From: Octopus vulgaris
Lineage: Eukaryota
Length of the DNA: 64,000 nt
Reading direction: 5' to 3'
NCBI GenBank assembly: GCA_951406725.2
Contig: OX597815.1
Span: 73,408,001-73,472,000 of the forward strand
This document shows, one piece after another, positions 25,300 to 38,290 of this stretch. How positions within the stretch are numbered: position 1 is the first letter of the stretch; every line of letters starts with the position of its first letter. The position numbers were made by a program, and so were the translations under genes. A model generated the notes under the pieces. It saw only the letters and a program-made list of their open reading frames with translations. It made no database searches and was not told where the DNA came from.

Positions 25300-25552
25300 T
25301 GGAGGTGCGTGGCTTAGTGGTTAGGATGTCAGCATTATGATTGCAAGATTGTGGTTTCGATTCCTGGACCGGGCAATGCGTTGTGTTCTTGAGCAAAACA
25401 TTTCATTTCATGTTGCTCCAGTCCACTCAGCTGGCAAAAGTGAGTAACGCTGCGATCGATTGGTGTCCTGTCCAGCTGGGGAACACATATGCCATAGATA
25501 CTGGGAAATCGGGCCCATGAGCCTAGCTAGGCTTTAAAAGGCGCATTTATTT
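25300..25552 (+). mobile_element. tRNA-derived SINE family D (left monomer of a dimer)
   Basis: A box TGGCTTAGTGG, B box GGTTTCGATTCC, TTGAGCAAAACA.TT block, ends GCGCATTTATT. Solo copy at 47170-47425; related heads at ~44955 and ~58162. Confidence 0.85.
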
Positions 25553-25853
25553 GTGGAGGCACATGGCCTAGTGGTTAGAGCAGCGGACACGTGGTTGAGG
25601 GATCGCGGGTTCGAATCTCAGACCGCGCGATGTGTGTGTTTATGAGCGAAACACCTAAGCTCCACGTGGCTCTGGCAGAAGGTAATGGCGAACTTCTGTT
25701 GACTCTTTCGCCACAACTTTCTCTCACTCTTTCCTCCTGCATCTTGCAGCTCACCTGCAACGGACCGGCGTCCTGTTTAGGTGGGGAACCTATACGCCAA
25801 GGAAACCAGCCCTAATGAGCCAGGCATGGCTCGAGAAAGAACAAACAAAACAA
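25553..25853 (+). mobile_element. tRNA-derived SINE family E (right monomer of a dimer)
   Basis: A box TGGCCTAGTGG, B box GGTTCGAATCT, CpG-rich body, (ACAA)n tail. Confidence 0.82.
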
Positions 25854-26154
25854 ATTCCACCTTATAGGAGCTTTATGAAATAGTAATCTAGAGGTAGTTG
25901 TGCCAAGAGGTAGCCAAATTTAAATATCATTCACCTGAAATTTCACAACTGGATGTTGTTTATAATTGATATTAATAGTTGTTTATCATTCACTTGTTTA
26001 ATCATTGGTCTCTGGCCATGCTGGGGCATAGCCTTGAAGGGTTTAGTCAAACAAATCAATCCCAGGACTTATTTTTCAGTCTGGTACTTATTCTGTCAGT
26101 CTCTTTTGCTGAATTGCTAAGTTATGAGGACATAAACAAATCAACATCAGTTGT

Positions 26155-26197
<43 letters not shown>

Positions 26198-27419
26198 GTT
26201 TAGGCAACAAACACAAAACACATGCATATATATATATATATACACACACACATATATATATACACACACACATATATATATATACACACACACACATACA
26301 TACAACAGTTTCCATCTACCAAATCCATTCACAAGGCTTTTGGTCAGCCCAGCAGCAAAGTAGAAGACACTTTTCCAAGGTGTCAGACTATAGAACTGAA
26401 CCTAAGAGGACATGGTTAGGAAGCAAGTTTCTTATCCACACAGCCACACCTGTGCCAATATACATACATACACACACACACACACATATAATATACTTAT
26501 GTACATATATACAAACCACACGGCTGTATATGTTTTCTGTGTGCATATGGAAATGGGAATTTGAATATAATCCGTCAAATATGTGGACACACAAAAAAGC
26601 ACTACACACACACACACACACAAAGTATACAAGTGTGTTTATAATCTATTTTATTTTTGTTTTTATTTTTTTTAGAACTGATTCTAATCTCAGTTTTTTC
26701 CCTAGATATTATTTAAATGGGGAAATATTTCTTACTACTCTTTGATAGCACAGCAGCTGAAGGAACTATAAAGCCTTTTCCTCTTTCTATAAAACCAAAA
26801 ACTAACTGCGAAGCAAAAAAAAAATAATAATAAATAAAAATCTTCCCTTACCAAAGAGAAACATGTGAAGTACAAAAAGTAAGTGTTGCAAACATATTTT
26901 CAATAATATCAACCACAAGAAAATAAAAGACCAAAAAAAAAAGAAACTAACAAAAAAGAAAGCTGAAAAAAATCTAGCTTTTCTGGTTACTATTTTTTGA
27001 TGTAAAGTTTTATGATTTTTTTTTTAATATATTGTTGTTAAATCTGAGATTACATTGAATATTTCTTAGAAGTTAGAACATCTCAATTTAAGGAGTCATA
27101 AACATTGCAAAATTATATGAAAAGCCATTTTGCGGTTCTTACACAAAATTATACGGGGGAAAGAAACAAAAAAAAATAATAAACAAGCAAAGAAAAAAAA
27201 ACTCCAAGAACTGTCCCCCCCACTCTCCTCACCCAACAAAACAAACCATTTTGTGATATGGACAATGAGATATGATGAAATGGTATGCATATGGATATTT
27301 CTTTGTGCATTGTTATTTTATCATGTCCAAGAAGGAGAGGTTTTACTTTATGGAGATGTCGAGGGAAATAGGCCTGTTTATTCTATGCTATATGGAGCTT
27401 GATGAGTTGGAGGTTTGCA

Positions 27420-27770
27420 TAATGTAAGGAAGATCTAAGAAGGAATGGAAAACCCATAGAGCAGAGGTCCTTGGAGTAAGTGACTGCATGTAATATTTAA
27501 GCTGGGGTTTATAGAAAAAGACACACATTAGGATTACAAGCAGAGAAGCCAATGTATTGCGTAAGTTCAAGATGAGGTTGGTGTGTAGAAAATTCAAAAG
27601 GCCAGAATTTATCATAAAAGTAGAAGTGAGAAAAAGCACAACAATTTTCTATCTTAAGAATCTTGCCTATGCTACTGGTCATCAAAATTAGTGCCATGCC
27701 AAGTATGGGAGCAATGCTCAGTTTGGATAGAATACTTTTTGTTCTAAAGTCTGCACATTTGGCCATTCAT
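27420..27770 (-). mobile_element. Very decayed CR1/L2/Jockey-like LINE 3' remnant
   Basis: Fragment KYYMQSLTPRTSALW resembles the FFPRT..LWN.LP terminal motif. Confidence 0.35.
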
Positions 27771-28489
27771 CATCACCATCATTGTATTAATGCCCACTTA
27801 TCCATGCTGCAACTCACATCTAAACCTACACCTTCATAAAGACTAAAGAATTTGGCAAACCTGATGGCCAAAAAACTTAAGCAGCAGAACAGTGCCCCCC
27901 CCCCCCACCTATTTCCCCCCAGTCCCCACTATAACTTTCCACAAAAATGCATGCTCCACTGGCAGTTGTCAAAAACCAACATTATTTTCAATATTTTATC
28001 ACAATTATTTAATACAAAAGAAATTCTACTGGAAACTCCTTTATTAAGTACTGACTACAAAAAAAGCACATTATTCATCATCATCATCATCATCATCATT
28101 TAACATCCATTGTCCATGCTGGCATGGGTTGGATGGTTTAACCAGAGCTGACAAGCTGGAGAGCTGCACCAGACTCCAGTCTGATTTGGCATGGTTTCTA
28201 CAGCTGGATGCCCTTCTTAACACCAACCAAATTACAGAGTGTGCTGGGTACTTTTACATGGAACTGCATAGGTGCTTTTATGGTTCTTGACTAAGAAAAA
28301 AAAAAGTGAATCACTTTAAAGAGAAACTTGTGTCTGACGACTATGGCACCATGTCTCAGCACAATTTTCCCAGACCCCACCAGTGGGGCATATGCTCCAT
28401 GTTAGGAATTACTGTAGTAGAGAGAAAATAGAAAATAGTGGAGAGCTCTAAGTGATTTGTCTGTGTTGACAGTGAAGAGTAAGAACATT

Positions 28490-29050
28490 GGCAAATCATG
28501 ATATCAGGGCCTGTTCTAGCACTGTCATTCTATACATCACAGGCAAGGAGATGAGTTGCTGCTGTCTCTCGTGATCAAGTGTCCATCCTTGACAAGACCA
28601 AACAAAGTTGAAATCTCGTGATCTGGTGGTCTCAGTACTGGAGATGGCAGGGATTTATCTCCCTGCTAGTGATGTAAACAAGAGTACATTTCGCACTAAA
28701 AACCAGTAAAAGAGTTTCTCTCATGATATCTACCACAGTATAGTTTGTTCTAACAAAACATCCACATTCAAGTGGGGATAAATATTATCTCCCACTATTA
28801 AAACTACTTCTGTCACTAATATATATTTTTTGACAAACTAACTGGCTAATAGTGACACCAGTACCTGTTCTGACACTGATTTTCTATATATTGCTGGCAA
28901 GGAGATAAGTTGCTGCTACCTCTAGTGGTCGAGCATTCATCATTGATGAGGACAAAGAATGCTGAAGTCATGTGAGCTGGTGGTCTCAACACTGCAGATG
29001 GTGGGGATTTATTTCCGTCTTAACGAAACATCCATGTTTAAGTAGGGACA
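28490..29050. repeat. Diverged direct duplication, offset ~374 bp
   Basis: CCTGTTCT..CACTG...GGCAAGGAGAT.AGTTGCTGCT...CTGGTGGTCTCA..ACTG.AGATGG..GGGATTTAT at ~28490-28663 and again at ~28864-29017. Confidence 0.75.
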
Positions 29051-30111
29051 TATATAGGAAATGTTCTTATTCATTGGACACAATGATAGAGTTCATGACT
29101 GTGTGGTTAAGATCACTTTTGCAGTCATGTGGTATCAGGTTCAGTCTCACTGCATGGTACCTTGGGCAAGTGTCTCTACTATAATCCTGCACTGACCAAT
29201 GCCTTGTAAGTGAATTTGTTTGACGGAATATGCATAGAAGCTTATCATATATATAAGTACTGGAGTCAATTCGTTGGACTAAACCCTTTAGGGCATTGCC
29301 CCAACTTGGCCACAGCCCAATGACTGAAACAAGTAAAAGGTAATGTACATTTACAGAAATGGACTGGCTTGAAATAGATTTCCAAATGTCATGGTATATT
29401 ATATAAAACACTGGTGATAGGAATGGTATCCAGCTGTAAAAATATGCCAAAACTTAAGCATACAAGCAACACAGGGTCCTCTGATCAAGGGCAATAACAC
29501 CAAATGAAAATCAACTTGGGCTTTGATGACCCATCCAACCCATGCTAACATGGAAAGTAGATACTCTTTCACTCTTTTACTTGTTTCAGTCATTTGACTG
29601 TAGCCATGCTAGAACACTGCCTTTAGTCGAGCAAACTGACCCCAGGACTTATTCTTTGTAAGCCTAGTACTTATTCTATTGGTCTCTTTTGCCGAACCGC
29701 CAAGTTACAGATACATAAACACACCAGCATCGGTTGTCAAGCGATGTTGGGGGGACAAACAGACACACAAACATACACACACACACACACAAACATATAT
29801 ACACACACACACATATATACAACAGGCTTCTTTCAGTTTCCGCCTATCAAATCCACTCACAAGGCTTTGGTCAGCCTGAGGCTATAGTAGAAGACACTTG
29901 CCCAAGGTGCCACACAGTGGGACTGAACCTGGAACCATGTGGTTGATAAGCAAGCTACTTACCACACAGCCACTCCTATACCTATATGTAAAAACAATAA
30001 AGATGATCATCATCCTTGGAGAAAAAGAAAAGGAAACACATTCCGTGAATGTCTTCTAAACTATAATTATTTTCCACCTACAAGAAACATTTTGCTTTGT
30101 AGAATGTTTAA

Positions 30112-30557
30112 CTCTTTAGCATTCAGATTCCTCTGTCAAATGTAATGTTCATTTATTCATATTGTGTTGAATTTATCATGCATAATCTTATAGCTATGAG
30201 ATTTCAATGATGTATTTCTTTATTTTTTGAATGACATTGTAAAGTAGGTGTGAAAGACTTGATCTAGCTGATTTGAACATAAAGCAGGTAGAATATTTGG
30301 ATCAGATATGGCTGGTTTTGATGCTAAAGGGTTAATTTAGTTTAATCCTTTAGCATTTGGATAACTCTATCAAATCCAATGCTTATTTATTCATATTGTT
30401 TCAAACACACACTATCTTGTAGCTTTGAGATTTCGAAGGCATGATTGTTTATTTTTAGAACAACATTTAGGCTAGGTGTGAGAGGCCAGATCTTGCTGGT
30501 TTGAATATAAAACAGGTAGAATATTTGGTCCGGATATGACCAGTTTAAATGGTAAAG
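30112..30557. mobile_element. Two adjacent piggyBac-like (TTAA) MITEs
   Basis: TTAA|CTCTTTAGCATT...ATGCTAAAGGG|TTAA (30112-30331), then a homologous copy TTAA|TCCTTTAGCATT...AATGGTAAAG (30346-30557). Confidence 0.75.
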
Positions 30558-31035
30558 CCTCAGGTAATGTTATACGAATAATTTCTAATTAGAATGAAAT
30601 GGCACCATACATGATTACTTGACTAGAAATTTTTAAATCTTTATTATGAGTGAGAAGAAAAAATTGCGTGTTTTATGTATCTTCTCCCTTGTTCAGTTTA
30701 AAAATCTCATCTTGCCAAGATTTACTGAGAAATGATTATCTCCCTTGCCACCAGGGCATCCCATGTGTTTGAAGCAAAATGATTTTGATTTCAAATAATC
30801 AGATATTTTTCGTAATACATAATTTTTTTCCCATCATCATTATCATCTAACAGCCGGCTTACATAAGCAACATATTTTAGATGAAATTAGATTTGAAGTA
30901 ATGTTTCTTTTGTTTTAATGAAACTTTTTTATTTATTTATCCATGAGAAATTTAAACTGTCTCCAGTTTCATAGAAGTAGAAGTTGCTCAGAAGTTTATC
31001 ATACTTAATTTGTAAAAAACTACACAAAAAGTAAT

Positions 31036-31126
<91 letters not shown>

Positions 31127-32909
31127 TATATATATGTATCAGTACCGATAATTATGATTATTAATAAATACATTTTAGTAATCAGTTATATTAGTAAATC
31201 TAATCTCTTGATGCTACAGAAGGTTAAACACCAGCAGCAGCAGCAGCAGCAGTAGGACCACCAACATTGTGAAATCAATACTACTGGATCCATAGCTGTA
31301 TGAAGAACATTAACAGCTATGAAGTTTAAAAGGAATTATTTCTAAATTTGAACCATACCAGATATGGTTTTAACTTTAATGACAATACAGTCAGCAGGAA
31401 AGATATTTGCAGAATGGATTTGAAGACCAGTAGTAACAGAGTGAATCTGTGGTTGTTGCCAGTGTCGCATAACTGGTACTCATGCTGGTGGCGCATAAAA
31501 AGCACCATTTGAATGTTGGGCCTCACAGAGACAGTGACAAGTGATTGAGACCTTTGGCAATATACTGTGCTTAAGAAGACCTGTCAAGCCAAGTGAGATC
31601 ATAGTTGTGGCAGATGCCAGTGGTATGTAACAGGCACATAAAAAGCACCCACTACGCTCATGGAGTGGTTGCTGTTAGGAAAGAATTCCAGCTGTAGAAA
31701 CCATGGCAAATCAGATTGAAACCTGATGCAGCTCCCCAGTTTTCAGTCAAACCATCCAACCCATGCCAGCATGGAAAACACATGTTAAATGATAATGACG
31801 ATGACCATAAAAATATATAATTTCTTGTCTCTGTTATCCCACTTTCCTCTTATCATTCACCTATCTATCATCCATGTCTGTATCACTCTTACTTTTATTA
31901 CTCTTTCCCCTTCTCACCCTCACTGTACAATGCTGCCAATGTGACCAAAGGTAGCAGTGGATCTCTTCACTTCACTGTATGTTACTTTCATTGTTAACTA
32001 CAGATGCTATGGAATCTGTGTGCCCTTCTGTCCAACATTCCATCTCTCTTTCTTATCCTGACCCTAGCTCTCTCACCATCTTGAGAGCAGAAATCTCATC
32101 ATCATCATCATTTAACATCTGTTTTCCATGCTAGCATGGGTTGGACAGTTCAACCGAGGTCTGGAAAGCCAGGAGGCTGCACCAGGCTCCAGTTTGATCC
32201 GGCAGTGTTTCTACAGCTGGATGCCCTACCTAATGTCAACCACTCTGTGAGTGTAGTGGGTGCTTTTTACGTGCCACCATCTGTATATACCCATACTCTC
32301 TACCTATATCCCACTTCCCTGGTCACTTGGCATCTAATTCATCATTCACTCTCGCCATTATCCACCTCTTTCTAACTATCATTTTCTCACTCTTAACCTC
32401 ACTAGTGCTGGTGCCACGATAAAAACACCCATTACACCCAGTAAAATGGTTGGTCTTAGGAAATCAGATTCAAAATGAAACAAATGAAATGTTGCCCTCT
32501 CACCATTCAAAGAGAATGGTAATGACCTTTCCAATCCATGCCACCCTAGAATCATCATCCTCATCGTCAATTAACATCTATTTTCTATACTGGCATGAGT
32601 TGGGTGGTTTGACAAGAGCTGGTAAGGCCAGGAAGCCACACCAGACTCCAGCTGTCTGTTGAGGCATCATGGCTTCCACAGCTGGATACCCCTCCTGATG
32701 CCAACCACTTAACAGAGTGTACTGGGTGCTTTTTATATGGCACCAGCATCAGTGCTTTTAACGTGGCAGCGACACAAGTGCTTTTAATGTGGCACCAGTG
32801 TCAGTGCTTTTTATGTGGCACCAGCATTGGTACTTTTTATGTGGCACCAGCATTAGTGCTTTTTATGTAGCATCAGAATCAGTCCTTTTTATGTGACACC
32901 AGTTGGCAT

Positions 32910-33218
32910 CGGTAATCAATCAGTTAGGCCAATATTGCATGAAGACCTGCATTTCCACCCATACAAATTGGTCATTGGGCAACAGCTGAAACCATGGGAC
33001 TATGCACAGAGCAATGCTGGAGAAAGTGGAGGCCAACTTCCAAGAGCACCTTCAGAAAAGCATCAATGAAGATGGACACTGCATGATGGATGTTGTTTTC
33101 CACACTTGATTTTGACAAATGCTAATTCAATATGAACACACTGATGTCAATAAAATTTGTTTGCAGCTAAAATTCATGATTTTTTCAAAAACGTCTGTCC
33201 TCTCTGCCCCATCCTGCA
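32910..33218 (+). mobile_element. Internally deleted Tc1/mariner-superfamily element (rosa/DD41D-like), right end
   Basis: ILHEDLHFHPYKLVIGQQLKPWDYAQ joined to MLEKVEANFQEHLQKSINEDGH; ends with TIR-like TGCCCCATCCTG. Confidence 0.65.
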
Positions 33219-33457
33219 TACACACACACACACACACACACACACATATTGAGATTTATGATATCTAAAAGTAATTTCAATTTGATCTGTTCAATAACTA
33301 CACCATGACCCTCACAAAGATAAAGCAGTTATGGAGAGGGGAAAAGGAAAACATTTTAGTTTTCCTCCTTGGCACAGTCATCGTTGAAGAGATCAAATTT
33401 GGTAGCTATTAAAAGCATCAATAGCAATATTGTCATTCTTTTAGTCATTGGCACAGT

Positions 33458-33500
<43 letters not shown>

Positions 33501-34047
33501 CATCATCATCTTTATTGTTGTAATTGTTGTTAGTATTTCTGTCATTCAGGATATCATTATGGAAATTATTGCTATCAAATATTGCCTTCACTTTCACTAG
33601 CTTCCAGCCATTTTGCTTCCTCATTTTCTACTGTAGTTACTCTGCTTCTCTTAGCGCTCTTCCTAACCAATGCAACAATAATCACCCAACCAACCACCAC
33701 TTTCACTGATACTTTAACTACCACAGCCACTGCCGTCATGATGGAGGTAATCTTTTCTTGGCTACATTTTGCTGATATGTGGAAAATACTACAATTAAAT
33801 AGTTTCAAATTAGTTCATTGCTAATGACATCCATTGAGCATAAATGTATCCCTACCTCATCCCCTAGATTTTTTTTTTTTTCACTTCAGTAAATTTTGTT
33901 TGTTTATTTATTTTCTGAAAAGTGAATTGCAATAATTTTTATATCTCTTAGCCCCGCCCCATCAGAAACTGAATTAACAAAACATGCCGGAATCACAAGT
34001 AATTTCTATCATATATATGTGTGTGTATGTGTGTGTGTGTGTGTGTG

Positions 34048-34085
<38 letters not shown>

Positions 34086-34435
34086 TATATGCATACACAC
34101 ATTATATAAAATCACAAATACAATATTGATATATCTATCTATTTATCAATAATTACATACATATGCTTACATACACACACATGTATTCATATATATACAC
34201 ACATAAAATCACAAATACTTATTATCTATCTACCTCTCTCTCTTTCTCTCTCTGTGTGTGTGCGCGCGTGTGAAATGACTTTTGTTCATTTATACAAACG
34301 AAGTCTGAAACATGTGCAATTTCTTGTTGATTGACAGCTTTTTATCTCTGGGGACATTTTCCGAAATCTTGCTGTTTAATTCCAAATGGTAGGGGACTAG
34401 TCATAATTCTATGCATTATACATATCATCATGCTA

Positions 34436-34491
34436 TAACAACAACAACAACAACAACAACAATAATAATAATAATAATAGTAATAATAATA

Positions 34492-34522
<31 letters not shown>

Positions 34523-34523
34523 T
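34436..34523. repeat. Compound (AAC)n(AAT)n microsatellite
   Basis: Seen directly; source of the poly-Y/poly-I artefact ORFs. Confidence 0.95.
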
Positions 34524-35244
34524 ATGTGGACAAGAATGTTGTCTAATTATATCCCCCCCCCCATCTTCACTCCATACAAATTACCAGGAATGCTATAAAA
34601 TAACTATATGAAGACTTGTGTACCTTCTTCTTAGATATGTGTTGTTAAATATTTATTTAAAATGACAACAATTGGGAAAACTTGGCTGAGAGGCTTTCTG
34701 CAATAATTCAGAATATATTCCTTTTCAAAAATTTTCACTAACAGTGTGTATGGTACTTTATTCAATATTCATATTGTATTTTATTATATCTCATTTTATG
34801 GAGCAAAATATGAATTTTTTTCTCTATATTCCTTCATATTTTTCTGATACTGCAGTTAATACATGACTGTGTATAATAATTAAATATATATTACAGCTAC
34901 ACCTTCAGCAAATAGCAATCATCCAAAACTGACTCAGTTATTTACTCCTAACTCAAGGCATGTACACACACACATCCACAAAAACATATCATCATCATCA
35001 TCATTTAATGTCTATCTTCCTTGCTGATGTGGGTTGAACAGTTTGAATGGATCCGACAGGACCAAAAACTGCATCATGCATCATTGTCTGTTTTGGCATG
35101 ACTTCTATGGCTGGATGCCCTTCCTAATGTCAACCACTTTACAAAATGTACTGAATGCTTTTTTGTTTTTTGAGCCTCTGGCAATAGTGAGGTCACCAAC
35201 TAAACTGGTGAAACAAGACCTTCTCAATGACTGGGGGTAGTGTA

Positions 35245-37677
35245 GTATTTATCTCCTACTTCAAAATGTTTTGTGATATTTCTTGTATTTCCTTCAAATG
35301 TATTTTTTGTCTTTCCTTTATATGTATTTTTTCCTGGCAATAATTTATCAAGGATCAATTTTATTTTATGCGTGAACATTAACTCTGCTGGTGACTTTCC
35401 TGAATTAGCATTTGGATTTGGCTTTATTCTATATACTTTCAAAATTTTGTTAGTGTCTCATCATTATCTAACTTGCTTCTAGCTTTTCTTAGAGCTCTTT
35501 TGAACATGTTGACTAACCTTCCACCTGCCCATTTGACCTTGGGCGGTACAGCAGGGTACAGATGTGCTTTATGGCATATATTTTGCAGAAATTTCTTAAT
35601 TCATATCCTGTGAATTGTGTTCCAATTATCTGAAACTAACATGTCTGAAACACTATACCAAGCAAATAATCTGAGTAGGAACTTTACTGTTGTCTTTGCT
35701 GTAGGTTTATTACATCTGCATATGTCTGGTCACTTTGTGTAGCTATCCACAATAATTAGATAGTATGTGCCGTTCACTGGTCCAGGGTAGTCGATATGTA
35801 TCCTGGACCATGGTCTCTCAGTCACCAGCCACAATTGGTATTTTACTGGTAGTGCTTTGGTTGCCAATGCACAACTTCTACATGCTTTCACCAATTTTTC
35901 AATGTCCCTCTCCATAATCAGCCAATATACAAAGCTCCTCCTCATAGCTTTCATTCTGGACATTCTACTGTGGAATTATTGCAATATTCATTTCTGTAGT
36001 GCACTTGGTACTACTACACTCTGCCATACATTAAAACAGCGTTGCATATTGAGAAATTATTTGAATTTGTATTTTTATCATGCTTATTTTTCAATATTTC
36101 TTTCATTCTTGTAATGTACCTATCCTCTACAGATTTCATTTTTATATCATGTGCTGTCACCGGCAGTTCCTAGATTATATTACACACAATACTCCTTAGT
36201 TCATTTACTGACTGCAATGATGCTATCACAGTCTTTTCTAGTGGTTTCATGCTCTTGGAAATTAACCTGATTGTGTCTGTCCTTGATGGGTCAGAACGTC
36301 TTCCATTCTTATCTATGATTTGACCTAGGTATTTGATTTTAGGCTAAAAGAGTTCACACTTCTCTTCACTGATTGTGAAACCATAATCCTTCATTTTTTT
36401 AAAGACACACTTCATGTATTCGATATGCTTATTCTGTGATTGGCTTTTGATTAACACATCATCAAGGTAAGGAATAGCAAATTGATAGTCTGCCAACATC
36501 AGGTCCATCACCTGTTGAAATATTGCAGGTGCTACCTTCAGTTCCAAAGGTAGTCTATTGTATTAGTATATACCTCTGTGTGTGACTGTTAACAACTTTG
36601 AGTCTTTTTTATCTACTTTGATTTGAGTCAGACAGATTGAGTTTTGAAAATATTTTTTTTCTGTTTATTTCGTTATTTTTCTTTTTTATACATACAGTCA
36701 GAGCTTCCCATTTCATGTAATCCACTTTTTCAATGCTTCTGTTTTTTTCCACTCTGTCCAACTCATCGTCCACTTGCTTTATTACCACAAAAAGGCACTT
36801 TCCTATTAGGCTTGAACACAGGTGTAATGTTATCATCTAATTCAAAATACGCTCCAGTCTTTGTGCATAGACCTACTTTGTCCAAGAGTACTTGCAGAAA
36901 CATTATCAAAAATTTTCTCTAATTCTTCAGATGAATTATATTTAGAGGGACAATCATATTACGTTTTTACAATAGAGACTTATGGGGAGGTCCCATAAAT
37001 TGAATAATTCTAATCAATTGGTACCAAACAGATCAGTTGCATTTTTAACAACAAAGTCGTTTGCCTTGCATGTTTTTCCTCAAAATGTGACATTAGTCAC
37101 ACATTTCACCTAAGAAATGTAATTTGTCACCCATCACACATCAAGCAGATTTCATTGTTTTTCTTAACATAGGTTTCCTCATTTTTGAACTAGTCTGAAT
37201 ATAGCTCCAATAATTGTTGTTGTTATAGTTGTTGCTGTAAAAGTTGCTTCTGCAATTCCTGTTGCTCTTGTTGCTTTTGCATCTGTACTATGGAAGCTAA
37301 TAGGTCTTCCATTATTTAACAAATTGTATCAAGAACAAATTGTTAGATAACCTACGTGAGCTTCAAAACCCTCATCGCCAAATGTTGTAACGTACTTTGT
37401 TAAGTACAATAAATAAAATAACAAGACAACAGTAAAAATAATGTAACAAACTCACAAATCTCTTCATGAACCAATGATCAATATGTCTTTGTGAACTAAC
37501 CAAATGACACCATCCTACTTCACTGTGAACTAACACAAACTTCACTCAACTCTGAACTCTGAACCTTGAACTCACTTGGATCATTACTATTTATACTTTA
37601 CTTGGACCAGTCTATCTCTTGCAAGGAGGCATTGTAACTCTAATTCTCTCTCATCACAATTCTCTCTCATCACAACA
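35245..37677 (-). mobile_element. Decayed Ty3/Gypsy LTR retrotransposon (Mag / K02A2.6-like pol), internally deleted, 3' LTR missing
   Basis: RT (APAIFQQVMD, PYLDDVLI), integrase (RMKAMRRSFVYW..C..C, PWSRIHIDYPGP, LIIVDSYTK, GKSPAELM), in RT-then-IN order. LTR and PBS are present at the 5' end. Confidence 0.88.
37383..37677 (-). repeat. 5' LTR of the Gypsy element, followed by PBS (37371-37380)
   Basis: Minus strand TGTTG...CAACA with an internal TATAAATA, then TT-TGGCGATGAG (PBS complementary to a tRNA 3' CCA end). Confidence 0.75.
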
Positions 37678-37689
37678 CATACCAAGAAA

Positions 37690-38290
37690 TTCACATCAGA
37701 AAATTTTTCTTCCTTGAAATTAAGCCAGTACCTCTGGAGAATTTTATTTTATTAAAAGATATTAAAAAATTCCAGGAGAGAAAGTGTGGAATAGTCTTCA
37801 GAAGTTTTTTCTTTTTCTTTTTCAACATAATTGTCTTCTACATCAACAAAGCATGAAAGTTATGAGGCAACAAAGTCATTAAAGTATATGAATTATTCAA
37901 AACTCCTCTTCCTTCCTACCTCTCTCCACCCAATTTTCCCAACAAATTCTAATATAACCATAATCTACATCATCTGAAAAGTATTTGTAGAAAAATTCAT
38001 TAAAAAATGCTCACTTTCTGAAAGTTATGAGGAAATAAATTTTTGAGGTGTGTGAGTCATCTAAAATTTTTTAGTCCACACCCCCACCCTAATCTCCGAA
38101 AAATTTTTCACAATAAATTATTATATAATCTATATCACCTGAAACATATTCATAAAAAATTTCATGATAGAAATATTCAGTTTTCAAAAAGTTATGTGAA
38201 AATATACAGTTTTCAAAAGTTATGAGAAATGGAAGTGGGGAATATTTTCTATTTCCTCTGCAAGGCCTAACAAATATGAAAGGAATCAAC
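37690..38290. mobile_element. Decayed AT-rich element with recurring AAAGTTATGAG motif (Helitron/HINE-like)
   Basis: AAAGTTATG(A/T)G recurs at ~37856, 38021, 38188 and 38216; no coding potential seen. Confidence 0.35.

Noticed and set aside
25553-25625. tRNA gene
   Set aside because: It has A and B boxes, but I could not form an acceptor stem or full cloverleaf, and it runs directly into a SINE body and tail. It is a tRNA-derived SINE head.
26158-26745. 195-aa ORF and the many similar YI/CV/HT-rich ORFs (e.g. 48413..48943, 40181..40612, 39506..39967)
   Set aside because: Translations of dinucleotide microsatellites and SINEs; no protein-like composition.
34290-34410. Additional CEP112 exon in intron d-e
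   Set aside because: No polypyrimidine acceptor, stops in the phase-compatible frame, and exons d and e already join without a gap against the recalled orthologue.
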